The notes beneath the pieces were generated by a model, which was given only the letters and a program-made list of their open reading frames with translations, was not told the origin of the DNA and did no database searches. Source: a virus (taxonomy: Duplodnaviria; Caudoviricetes). From it: a stretch of 64,000 bases of DNA. Location of the stretch: positions 288,001 through 352,000 of IMG/VR virus record IMGVR_UViG_3300037313_001869. One strand, 5' to 3'. This document shows positions 55,321 to 64,000 of this stretch, in pieces. The position numbers and the translations under genes are program-made. Positions within the stretch are counted from its first letter, which is position 1. Each line of letters begins with the position of its first letter.

Positions 55321-56151
55321 TCAGGCTCCTTGGATGTAACCGTTTCGGTCGAAGACGTAGCCGTTTTCTTTACCCCAGGCGACCCAGCGAGCCGCGATCT
55401 TGGCGACCCTCCCGGCGTCCTCGGGCGGGATGAAACCCTTCGGCTGGGGCACGATCTCGCTGAGCGCGATCGAGGCGTTCGTAAAGAGCGTCGGGAACTT
55501 TTCGTTCATTGACACGCGCCGAGCGTCTTCGAGAAGCCAGGGGATCGCTCGCTTTCCGATGCCGACGATCTCCCGGTGAGCGAAGTGATCGGTCCGCATG
55601 TCGCTGAGGTAGCCCGTGTCCCGAGCCCAGATGTGGACGAGCCGATCGTAGACCGTCCTCGGCAAGGGCATGTCCTGGCCTTGCCGCACAAGCTCCCGGA
55701 CCTGCATCCAGAGCTGCCCGAGCTTGTTCTTGCCCGTCCCGCCCTTCTCGAAGGCGATGCCCCAGTAGTCATCTTCGGGGCTCTGCTCGACGAGCAGGGC
55801 GTCGCCCGTCGCGAGCAGCGGCTCCCGAAGCTCGGGGTTCTGGGCCACCTTCAGGTAAAGCCCCTCGAACATCACCCGGTCTTTGACCAGCTCGATCGCC
55901 CCGTCCGGCCACACGTCGGGCCACTCCCAGTCCCTCCGGCGCACCATGAGCCGGCCGTTTTCCATGGCCAGTCGAGGCCGAGGCGCCGTCCGGATGGCCT
56001 CGTGGTCTCCGTCGCTCTCGGCCTTGCGGGCCTGGTAGAGGTGCTCTTGCGTCGGGTACGTTCGGCCTCCCCAGACGATCGGGTGGGGCGAGAAGTTCGT
56101 GAGAAATCCGCAGGGCCCCTTTGTCGTGTAGAACTCGATCACCTCGGGCAT
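55321..56151 (-). CDS. NADAR (YbiA-like) protein with C-terminal extension
   Basis: FLTNF...YPT.EHLYQA.K...LLATGDALLVEQSPEDDYWG...GKNKLGQLWMQVRE. Confidence 0.9.
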   Translation of the reverse strand: MPEVIEFYTTKGPCGFLTNFSPHPIVWGGRTYPTQEHLYQARKAESDGDHEAIRTAPRPRLAMENGRLMVRRRDWEWPDVWPDGAIELVKDRVMFEGLYLKVAQNPELREPLLATGDALLVEQSPEDDYWGIAFEKGGTGKNKLGQLWMQVRELVRQGQDMPLPRTVYDRLVHIWARDTGYLSDMRTDHFAHREIVGIGKRAIPWLLEDARRVSMNEKFPTLFTNASIALSEIVPQPKGFIPPEDAGRVAKIAARWVAWGKENGYVFDRNGYIQGA

Positions 56152-56235
56152 GAGGGGCTCTACACCGGAAAGCGTGGCGGATCTTCTCATGGAAGCGGGC
56201 TTCGTACGATGCCCCTGTTCGAGAGCCAAGAAGCC

Positions 56236-56625
56236 ATGAGCCAGGAAGTCCGCTGCTACAGCGAGGCCGGGTGGGCCGTCATCCCATGCGATGACCCCGA
56301 GCACGGCGAGGTCGGCCACCTCGCCTTCCGCGAGCAAAACGGCGAGGAAGAGACCGTTCTTCTCTCCTGGTACCCCTTCGGCCCTCGGTCTCCCGAGGTG
56401 ACGTACGCGACCAGCGAAGAGAGCTTCGAGGCCGCCCTCGTTCGTCTCGGCTCCGGGCCCCGCTACCGTTGCGACGATCCGAAGCGGCTGCTCCTCGGGC
56501 TGGTGACCTACCCCGAAGGCGAGACCGTGGCCCGCATCCTCCAGGTCCGCCTGACCACCTTCTCGGGCTTCGGGGATGCGTCGAAGAAGGCTGTGCTTTC
56601 GGTCGGGACGCTCAGCCGAACCTAG
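56236..56625 (+). CDS. hypothetical protein
   Basis: ORF; start uncertain. Confidence 0.55.
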   Translation: MSQEVRCYSEAGWAVIPCDDPEHGEVGHLAFREQNGEEETVLLSWYPFGPRSPEVTYATSEESFEAALVRLGSGPRYRCDDPKRLLLGLVTYPEGETVARILQVRLTTFSGFGDASKKAVLSVGTLSRT

Positions 56626-57049
56626 CCAGGCTCTTCAGCACGAGCTGCTTGACATTCACGGGTACCGGGTCGACCGACCAGGCGGTCGACGAGACCCATC
56701 GCACGTCGGTGAACTCGTCGCAGAGCACCACGTTTCGGTGGTTGGCGAGAACCGCGAAGGCGAAGTTCATGTGGATTCCCTGGTCTTGCGAAGCGTGCTC
56801 CTCGTATGCAATCAGCCCGGCCGGGGTCCCCGCCACCGCGTCCGGGTCCTGCGGCGCGAGCCGATAGTCCCGGTCGATCTTCCACCCCAGCTCTTCTTGG
56901 ATCTCCCGCACGGCCGTTTCGATCGGCCGCTCCCCCGGCTCCATTCGTCCGCCCGGCGGAACCCAGGCCCGTTGGCGCTTGTGGTTGACGAGCAAGACCT
57001 CGCCACGGTGGACGGCATAGACGGACGAGGTAAAGACGCGGTCGAGCAT
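56612..57049 (-). CDS. Nudix hydrolase (second)
   Basis: PGGRMEPGERPIETAVREIQEELG. Confidence 0.9.
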   Translation of the reverse strand: MLDRVFTSSVYAVHRGEVLLVNHKRQRAWVPPGGRMEPGERPIETAVREIQEELGWKIDRDYRLAPQDPDAVAGTPAGLIAYEEHASQDQGIHMNFAFAVLANHRNVVLCDEFTDVRWVSSTAWSVDPVPVNVKQLVLKSLARFG

Positions 57050-57278
57050 GGGTCGCTTTCGAGGACGCGATCGAACCTCGACCGCGGAAGTGGGGGTACC
57101 GACACGAAGTACACCGACACGTCGTGCGCGTCGTGGACGGTGTTGGTCACGTCCGCCCTGGCGTAGCGCCGCTCCCCTCCCGCTTCGAGTGTGTAGACCC
57201 CGGTTACCCGGTCGTACGCGGTCACCCAATAGCGGTCCTCTCCGATCGGGAAGATGTCGCCGATCTGAAAGAGCTGCA

Positions 57279-57566
57279 TCAGAAGTCCTCGTCGAAGCGA
57301 TCGAACCGGCTCGGGCCCGTGGGCTCGCTCGGCTCGGGCCCCGGAGGAGGCGGAGCCGGGGCCGGCAGGTTCTCGTAGTCCTCGGGCGGCTCGTCGATGA
57401 TGAGATCGAAGCTCCCATTGCCATGGTTTTCTTCGAGCTGTGCGTTCTTGGTCGCCTTGGTCTGCAAGTCGAGCAAGACGAGCGACCGGCCGACGACCGA
57501 GCGGACCTCGAACTTCCGGTTGCCCGCCGTGAGGGTCTGTCCGACCGTGAAGGGAGAGTCAGGCAT
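57279..57566 (-). CDS. hypothetical protein (C-terminal PSRFDRFDEDF)
   Basis: Coupled ORF. Confidence 0.7.
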   Translation of the reverse strand: MPDSPFTVGQTLTAGNRKFEVRSVVGRSLVLLDLQTKATKNAQLEENHGNGSFDLIIDEPPEDYENLPAPAPPPPGPEPSEPTGPSRFDRFDEDF

Positions 57567-58500
57567 TGAAGGGTATCCTTTCGTAGCGCTTGGGGTAGCG
57601 TTTCGTCTTCTTGTCTTCGGCGACCCAGGGGACCACGCGGCGGCGCAGAAAGGCCCGGATCTCCTCGGCCGAAGGCTCCGCAAGAGCGATGCGCCACGAG
57701 AGGGGCGGAGCCGAGACGGGCGGCGGCATCTTCGCGAAGAGGTTCGTACCGAAGACCCCGAAGTACATCCTCACCTGGCCGTCCTCGGGGTGGATGTACG
57801 CTTCGTAGCCGTCGGGCAGCACGGTGACCGACCGGCCACGCTGCCAGGCGAGGGCGCGAGGGCCGGGGTCGTCCCTGCCCCTGACCCGACGCTCGATCAC
57901 GTCCGCTTCGGTCGAGCGTTGCTCGTGCATCCGTTGGTGGTCCCGGCGCAGGGCTACGTCCCGGCTGACCGCCCCGTCCATCGGGTTCGGCTTGTCTTGC
58001 GGCAAGCCCTTGGCCCACGCTTCGCGGTCGAGCCAGGGGATCTCGATGAGAGCTGACCGCGAACCGGAGGTCGCGTTCAGGAACGCGAAGTTCGGGATGC
58101 GAGGGCTCAGCAGGTAGAAGACCTCTGGTTCTTCGACCACTCCGAAGTTGGCCATGTCGTCGAAGATGATCGCGTGCGTCGTCAGGCCCCGGATGCGGTC
58201 GGGGGAAGGGGGACGGATGCTGTCGACCGATACCGTGATGAACCGGTAGTCGGGGTCGCGCATCGCCTCGCGGGTCATGGCCATGACCCGCTGCCGGGTG
58301 TTCTCAAACTCGGCCATGACCCGCTGTTCGGTCGCCTCGAAGTCGATGTGCCCGAGGATGCTACGGTACTGGACCATCGCCCCCATGCTGACCCTGAGCG
58401 AGCTTCCGATGTGCGTGTCGCCGACGAACTGCATCCTGCCCGTGGGCCCGTACTGCCTGTCGGTCGAGCGACCATAAAGCCGCTGAAACGTCTCCAGCAT
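57559..58500 (-). CDS. hypothetical protein
   Basis: Long ORF in operon. Confidence 0.7.
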   Translation of the reverse strand: MLETFQRLYGRSTDRQYGPTGRMQFVGDTHIGSSLRVSMGAMVQYRSILGHIDFEATEQRVMAEFENTRQRVMAMTREAMRDPDYRFITVSVDSIRPPSPDRIRGLTTHAIIFDDMANFGVVEEPEVFYLLSPRIPNFAFLNATSGSRSALIEIPWLDREAWAKGLPQDKPNPMDGAVSRDVALRRDHQRMHEQRSTEADVIERRVRGRDDPGPRALAWQRGRSVTVLPDGYEAYIHPEDGQVRMYFGVFGTNLFAKMPPPVSAPPLSWRIALAEPSAEEIRAFLRRRVVPWVAEDKKTKRYPKRYERIPFNA

Positions 58501-58860
58501 TGCGTGTGATCTTGGGGGCACGGCGTTTCTCCATTTCGCGTCGGATCTTCTGGATGCCAGGGTCGAGCTGCATGGCGAACTCGATGTATTCGAGGCCGAG
58601 CTGAGCCTTCAGGTTCTTGCCCCCGCGCATGGCCCGGAGGATGTTGGGGGCCCCCTGGCGGGGGAAGGTGACTTCGAGTTCCTCGAAGTCACCTTGCTTC
58701 TTCTCGAACCAGGCGCGGATCACCTGATCACGCCGAAACTCTTTCTTGGCCCGGTCCCTCTCGCGGCGCTTCGCGGCCTCTCTGACCCGAGCAAGGCGGG
58801 TCTCTTCGGCCCAGGCGCCGCCGTCGAGCACGGCCTGAAAGCGATCGTAGAGGCGACGGG

Positions 58861-59538
58861 TCATGCCGAGAGCGTCAGCTCGTAGGGGTCGAAGCCGTCG
58901 TCATCGGCCAGGCGAGCGAAGCGATCAGGACGGGACTTCTCCGCTTCCGCGAGCCGGGCCCGGAGGTCGGCTTTCATCTCCTCGATCCGAGCCGGCACCC
59001 CCGCCTCTTCGGGCGGCAGGTTGCGCGGGATGGGGATCTGTTCGAGCCGCCGAAGGGCCTCGGCAAGCTCGGTCTCTTGCTCCCGCTCCCATGCCGGGGT
59101 GATCCGAGGCTCCTTGTAGCTCTGAAAGACTCCGTTGTACTCGGTCCGAAAGGCCATGAGTAGCTCGGGGCTGAGGGGTTCGGGCTCGAAGCTTGGGACC
59201 CGGATGCGCCGGACCGCTTCGGGGTTAGCCCAGAAGATCCCCGGCTCTTCGTATGCCGCAAAGCCCACCATGGGGGCCCTGGTGAAAGGCGTTTGGATCA
59301 GGTCGGCGTAGTCGAGCCCTATGCGGAACGGTCCGCGAAGGGCGTGGGAAAGCCGCGCCTCGAAGAGGTCCGGGCTGTAGATGTAGCCCGAAAAGGGCTT
59401 GCCCTCGTGGTTGACGATCATCTGGGGTTTCGCTGCTCGGTAGCGAGCCCGGACGATCCGATACCGTTTCGTCTGCGAGGGCTGCACGAGCAAGGCGAGC
59501 GAGGCCGGGTCGGTGAGGATCGTGGGGTCAGGGGGCAT
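58861..59538 (-). CDS. hypothetical protein
   Basis: Coupled ORF. Confidence 0.7.
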   Translation of the reverse strand: MPPDPTILTDPASLALLVQPSQTKRYRIVRARYRAAKPQMIVNHEGKPFSGYIYSPDLFEARLSHALRGPFRIGLDYADLIQTPFTRAPMVGFAAYEEPGIFWANPEAVRRIRVPSFEPEPLSPELLMAFRTEYNGVFQSYKEPRITPAWEREQETELAEALRRLEQIPIPRNLPPEEAGVPARIEEMKADLRARLAEAEKSRPDRFARLADDDGFDPYELTLSA

Positions 59539-59953
59539 CGTCCAGCTCCTCCGGTGAGAGGTAGAGAGACCTCGCCCAGCGAAGCAGATCGGGAGGTACC
59601 TCGCCAGGGGCCCTTCCCTTCAGGATGTCCCGCACCTCTTGGAGCGGCTTGCCCCAGCGGCGCACCAGCTCTTCGATCTCCACCTTGTGCTCGTCGTACA
59701 TCGCAACCCACATGAAGCGGAAGGCCGGTCCTGAGGTGAGACGAGCCCGAGCGAGCTTCGCCCCGATCCTCCGGCTGGCGTTCTCCATGTCCGGGCCCGA
59801 GCTGAGCCATTCTTCGTGCCAGGGGCAGGATTTGTCGAGGCACTGCACGGCCCGGAGCATGACCTGGAAGCGCTGGCCTTCGTACTCCCGGACGAACGGC
59901 GTCTGGACTTCGCGCGTCGGGCCCTTGCAACGGATGCAGATTTCGTCAGCCAT
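59528..59953 (-). CDS. zinc-ribbon (MqsA-like) hypothetical protein
   Basis: CIRC...C...C; CGGTGTA upstream. Confidence 0.6.
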   Translation of the reverse strand: MADEICIRCKGPTREVQTPFVREYEGQRFQVMLRAVQCLDKSCPWHEEWLSSGPDMENASRRIGAKLARARLTSGPAFRFMWVAMYDEHKVEIEELVRRWGKPLQEVRDILKGRAPGEVPPDLLRWARSLYLSPEELDDAP

Positions 59954-60629
59954 CGGGGTACTCTACACCGTGCCTTGCTCGATCCCGCTCTCGGTCGCTC
60001 GTGACCTCTACGCTCGGTTCTGCGACAACCCCGATCACCCGATGGGGGTACCGTCGCCCTTGCCGTCCCCGTACAACGGCACCCTTCGCGTGCTCTCGTT
60101 CGAGTACCACGAGGCAGAAGACCGCCGAGGGTACGTTCTCGGCGAGGTCTCTTTCATGACCCGTGAGGGTACCGGCCAGTGGCGCCGAGCCTCGATGGAC
60201 CTCGGAGACTTCGCCGAGGCTGTGGTGGGCGGCTTTCTCAAGCCCCGCGCCCATCCCCGGCCCCGGTACGAACGCGAGGACGTGATCTAAGCCCGCGTCC
60301 CGGCCCCGCTTGATCAGGATGACGTAGTCGCTGTCGACGAAGCGGTGAAAGCCCCGGGCGTTGCTGCCGTCGGTCCGCTGCCGTGTCCCGTAGACCGCGT
60401 AGCCGCTGGTCTCGATGGAGTTATCGACGAGAACCCGCTCGACCACGAGTGGGTAGGGCTGGGGTCCGGGGATCACGATCTCGTCGTCCTTCTTGATCGC
60501 GTGCGGCAGGATCATGCACGACTTCCACACGACGGCGGGGAACTTCTCTTCTTTCGGGGAGGCTTTTGCCATGGCCTTAAACGACACCGCCCGGCGGAGG
60601 GCCGGGCGGGGGGTTCGTCCTGTCTTTTT

Positions 60630-61070
60630 TCAGCTCGGGAGGACCTTGCGGACGGTCTCCATCAGGTCATCGAAGGCTTCGAGGTCTTCGACGCGGAGAC
60701 GGGCGGCGAGGCGGGCCGTGACCCGGGCCTCCGAGAGGGCCACGCAGCGGACGGCGAGCACGAAGAGGCGGTAGTCGTTCGAGCCGGTGAGGTAGGCTTC
60801 GAGGTCGTTCTTCAGGAAGCTGAGCTGATCTTCGCGGCTCTTCTCTCGCAGGGCGCCGAACGCGATGCCCGAGCCGTCGCCGTATTCCACCGAGCCGAAC
60901 TCGATGTTGAAGTGAATCGGGCGGCGGTGGCGGGGGGCCGCCTTGCCGCTCCCGCCGCAGCGGAAGCAGCGGCCGGCCTGAATGTGGTTGTAGTGGGGGA
61001 GGTGACCCGAGCCGTTGCACTTGCCGCAGGTCATGTTGCTGTGAGTCGAGGTCGAGGTGGTCATTTTCAT
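60630..61070 (-). CDS. protein with DnaJ-type CxxCxGxG repeats
   Basis: CGKCNGSG...CFRCGGSG; after promoter motif, SD AAGGAG. Confidence 0.75.
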   Translation of the reverse strand: MKMTTSTSTHSNMTCGKCNGSGHLPHYNHIQAGRCFRCGGSGKAAPRHRRPIHFNIEFGSVEYGDGSGIAFGALREKSREDQLSFLKNDLEAYLTGSNDYRLFVLAVRCVALSEARVTARLAARLRVEDLEAFDDLMETVRKVLPS

Positions 61071-61510
61071 CGTCTCCTTGCCCCCTAGACGACGGGGCCC
61101 CGGACCTTTTTCCGAAAAAGTGATCGGCCCTTCGGAAAGGCTACGCCGCGAGGCGGCCCCTCTCGGCGATGCGAGAGAGGCGGCTTTCCCACGCCGGCTC
61201 GATGAGCTGCCAGAGTAGGGGCAGCTCGGTCCGGACCTGATCGAGCACGGCCGAGGCTTCGACGAGGGCCTCTTCGGTCGCCTGGTTGATGAACTTCCGG
61301 AGGACGAGGGCGTCAGCGATGCGGCTCATGGGGTCGGGGCTTTCGGGGTAGGAGGGGAGAGCCAGCAGCGGCCACAGATGGCCGTGCTGTCATTCATCTT
61401 GCTGGTACAGAGATGGTCGCAGCACTCGGTACCGCAGCGGCGGCACTTCCAGAGGGCCCGCTGGCTCTTCTTGCAGCGGGAGCACCGGCGCCGATTCACA
61501 TTGCGCCGGG

Positions 61511-61786
61511 TCACAGGGCCACCACACGGGCCCGGATGGTCCGGCAGGGGTCGCCCTTGTTCATGTTGAACTCGTCGTCCGAGAGCCGGTTCAGGTGCCG
61601 GGCGTAGAAGACGAACACCCGGCCTCGGACGGTGAAGGTCACCTGCACACTGTGGCCGTAGTCGGCCCCCAGCTCCTTGACCTCGGTGATCTTGCCCTTC
61701 TCGTGCTTGGCCACGCCGTAGGAGGGGTTGCCCTTGAGGATCTGAAGAGTGCGGCCAACGAAGCTCTGAGCGGGGGTGGTGTTCAT
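61511..61786 (-). CDS. hypothetical protein
   Basis: SD GGAG. Confidence 0.7.
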   Translation of the reverse strand: MNTTPAQSFVGRTLQILKGNPSYGVAKHEKGKITEVKELGADYGHSVQVTFTVRGRVFVFYARHLNRLSDDEFNMNKGDPCRTIRARVVAL

Positions 61787-62521
61787 GGCTGTTTGATCTC
61801 CGGAAAGGGGTTGGGGGACGATCAGCCCTCGCCGCGGGCGAGAGCCTTGCTGACGCGGCGCTCAGCCCGGGCCGTGAAGCGCTTGGCCCAGCGGACGTGA
61901 GAGGGGGTGCAGGCGCAATCGAAGAAGTCACGGCCCCGGAAGGAGCGGCAGGCGCGGGCGTTCGAGAGAGCCTTGTTGATCTGCTTGGTCATCGTCATCG
62001 TGGGTGCTCTCCGAACGATCGAACCTGCCGACTTTTTCCGAAAAAGTGTCAGCCCTTCCTCTGGGCTTCGTAGGCGTCCCACTCGGCCAGAGCCGCGACC
62101 CGCAGGGCCGAAACTGTGCGGACGGTGGCCGTGAAGTAGCCGTGCCTCCGGGCGTAGCGCTGGCACGCCTCGGAGAGGCGACGCTTGGACGCGGGGGAGT
62201 CGACGTAGTTGATCACCTTGGCGGGCTTCTTGGCTTCCATGACAGGGTCCTTTCGGGAGAGGCTCAGCCGCGATCCTTTTCCATGGCGACCGAGAGGGAG
62301 TAGACCGCGCGAAGAGCCTCGGTCAGGGCGGGCTTGCCCAGGGGGCCCAGCTCGAAATCCCCTCGGAGCCGCGCCGAGTCGATCCGCTTGAGCATGTCGA
62401 GCACGTCCATCACTTGGATCTCGGCCTCGCGGGTCGTGGTGGGCTGGGGCGGGAGCTTGTTGGTGGTCTTCTTGCTCATGGTGATCCCGAGACGATCGGC
62501 CCTGGTCCTTTTTTCCAAAAA

Positions 62522-62908
62522 TCAGCGGCGCTTTTTCGAGGGCACAGGCGGGTAGAGGGCGAGGACCTTCCGGAGCACCGAGACGGGCATTCCGTAGGCC
62601 GCCTGGGCCGTACGTTCCTCGTCCCAACCCCGATCGGCCATGGTCTTCCGGGCGGCGTCGGCCCATACCTGGTTCACGATCCCGCCCCAGTGAAACGAGC
62701 TGTCCGCTTCCATGCCCTCGGCGTAGACGGCTGAGACCTGGCTTGCTCGGTAGTAGAGGCCCGAGGCCAGGGCCTTTTCACTCATGTAGATCGCCTGGCC
62801 CCGGATGGCCGCGATCGTGCCCTTGGTGGTCACCATCCCCTCGCGTGCCTCGATGCTGCCGAGTACGAGGCGCCCGACCGGATCGCTCAGGACTTCGATG
62901 TACGGCAT
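62522..62908 (-). CDS. hypothetical protein
   Basis: ORF in operon. Confidence 0.65.
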   Translation of the reverse strand: MPYIEVLSDPVGRLVLGSIEAREGMVTTKGTIAAIRGQAIYMSEKALASGLYYRASQVSAVYAEGMEADSSFHWGGIVNQVWADAARKTMADRGWDEERTAQAAYGMPVSVLRKVLALYPPVPSKKRR

Positions 62909-62910
62909 GA

Positions 62911-63360
62911 TCAGACCTGCTCCGTCAGGAGGTGGAACGAGACGATGTCGAGGTTATCGCCGAAGGCGTAGACCGAGCGGCTGTCCATCGACACGCACAC
63001 CCTCTCGACCGTCTGGCCCGTGAGGACGTTGCGATAGGTGGCCGTGTAGTCGAGACCGCCGAGGTGGGCCCTCATCCGGTTCTCTTCCTCGTTCGCCAGG
63101 TACCGGCCCTCGCGCTCGCGCAGAAGGGCCCAGCCCTCGGCCTTCAGCTCGTAGCCCCCGTGGAAGGCCGACCGGCGCACGAAACCGGCCTTCGCGAGGC
63201 CGCGGAGCCGCTTGACGAGGCTCGGCTGAATGTCCTTGAGGGGCAGGTCCCCGCCGGCTCGGGCGAGCTTGGCGAGGGCCAGGTGCTCCAGCCGAGCGTG
63301 GCCGCCCGTGCCGGGGAGCGCCTTATGGACCGGGAGGAAACCGAGCATCGAGGTCTTCAT
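62911..63360 (-). CDS. hypothetical protein, winged-helix-like
   Basis: After GGAAAA-N16-CGTCT; L..LAKAGFV...GYEL..EG. Confidence 0.65.
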   Translation of the reverse strand: MKTSMLGFLPVHKALPGTGGHARLEHLALAKLARAGGDLPLKDIQPSLVKRLRGLAKAGFVRRSAFHGGYELKAEGWALLREREGRYLANEEENRMRAHLGGLDYTATYRNVLTGQTVERVCVSMDSRSVYAFGDNLDIVSFHLLTEQV

Positions 63361-63405
63361 GGTGCCCAGAAGACGACCGGGGCCCCCGACTTTTTCCAGA
63401 AAAGA

Positions 63406-63765
63406 TCAGGCCCGGCCCATCCTTGGGTTTTGCCTTGCCTGGTAGAGCTTCTCGCCCTCGGTCATGGCCTCGATCAGGGCCCGCTGGACGAGCACGATCA
63501 GGACATCCCTCGGGGGAAGCCGGGTCATGGCCGAGAGGGGCGCTGTGCCCCCGGCCTGCTTGTAGAGGGCGAGGATCTCGGTATCCTCGCGCCAGGCGCC
63601 GGTAGCGAAATGGCCCTTCACAGCGGCCAGGCTGATCCGGTACTCGCCCGAGGGGGACCGGAAGCCAAGCTGGAGGCTCTGGGGATCGTCGAAGGGCTGG
63701 CACGCCTTCCGGCCGTGCTCGCCCACCTGGGTTGTCAGCGCATCGAGGTACTCTTGGAACGTCAT
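63406..63765 (-). CDS. hypothetical protein
   Basis: SD GAGG. Confidence 0.65.
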   Translation of the reverse strand: MTFQEYLDALTTQVGEHGRKACQPFDDPQSLQLGFRSPSGEYRISLAAVKGHFATGAWREDTEILALYKQAGGTAPLSAMTRLPPRDVLIVLVQRALIEAMTEGEKLYQARQNPRMGRA

Positions 63766-64000
63766 CGGGCCTCAAAAGCCCCCGGCCCGGGTACCCTCTT
63801 TCGAGAGCCCGGGCCGGGGGGTCTACTGTCGTCCCTCTTCGGGAGGGACACCGCACGCCCGCCGCCTCTCACGCTGAGGGGGTCGGCAGGGATAGGGGGC
63901 GAGGCGCCAAGGATCTCTCGGCTCGGGCTACACGATGCCCGCCTCGCCACGTTGCCTCGGCTTCCGGCCGAGTGACGGGGTCTCCCCTCCCGGGCCCAGG

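Noticed and set aside
250-63975. Many long ORFs in the supplied track (e.g. 1700-3070+, 6118-7464+, 27271-29178+, 34427-36052+, 38240-39883-)
   Set aside because: Antisense or frame shadows of real genes, typical of high-GC DNA; no motifs, and several run through tRNAs
1-64000. Genome-wide TAG reassignment
   Set aside because: Recognisable enzymes are full length under code 11 and several end at TAG
1-64000. CRISPR array or rRNA gene
   Set aside because: No regularly spaced identical repeats; the only rRNA similarity noticed is short segments in Y2

Overview
GC-rich segment of what is most likely a large (jumbo-type) bacteriophage genome. The host is possibly Myxococcota; this is inferred from GC content, a DUF4419-like gene and a Cys-rich lipoprotein. 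Positions 1-12 kb hold a minus-strand array of 30 tRNA genes interleaved with small ORFs, two HNH genes and a SET-domain gene. The array also contains eight related ncRNAs that share a terminal stem (5' GA-AUG...GGA[C/G]U[A/C]CA, 3' UUG-UC) and look like bacterial Y RNAs. Their internal modules differ: three circularly permuted tRNAs, one 23S rRNA-like segment, one anti-SD-like loop and three short forms. A Ro60/TROVE gene lies at 34.4-36.0 kb. The array is preceded by a candidate attenuator whose 58-aa leader peptide uses all 20 amino acids. A second locus (43.4-45.6 kb) has a leader ORF with two in-frame amber codons followed by an RGPP stalling-type motif, upstream of a Pth2-like gene, an aberrant tRNA-like RNA and an amber-suppressor tRNA(CUA). 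The rest encodes two sigma-like proteins, a DNA MTase, dcd, def, speD, tdk, an ADP-ribosyltransferase, macro and NADAR domains, two Nudix proteins, two GHKL-HExxH proteins and many small hypotheticals. Two promoter-like DNA motifs (GGAAAA-N16-CGT[C/T]; CGGTGTA about 10 nt before ATG) and two peptide motifs (R[FY][DE]R near C-termini; RVARLFL at N-termini) recur across the window. All calls were made by eye; no searches were run.
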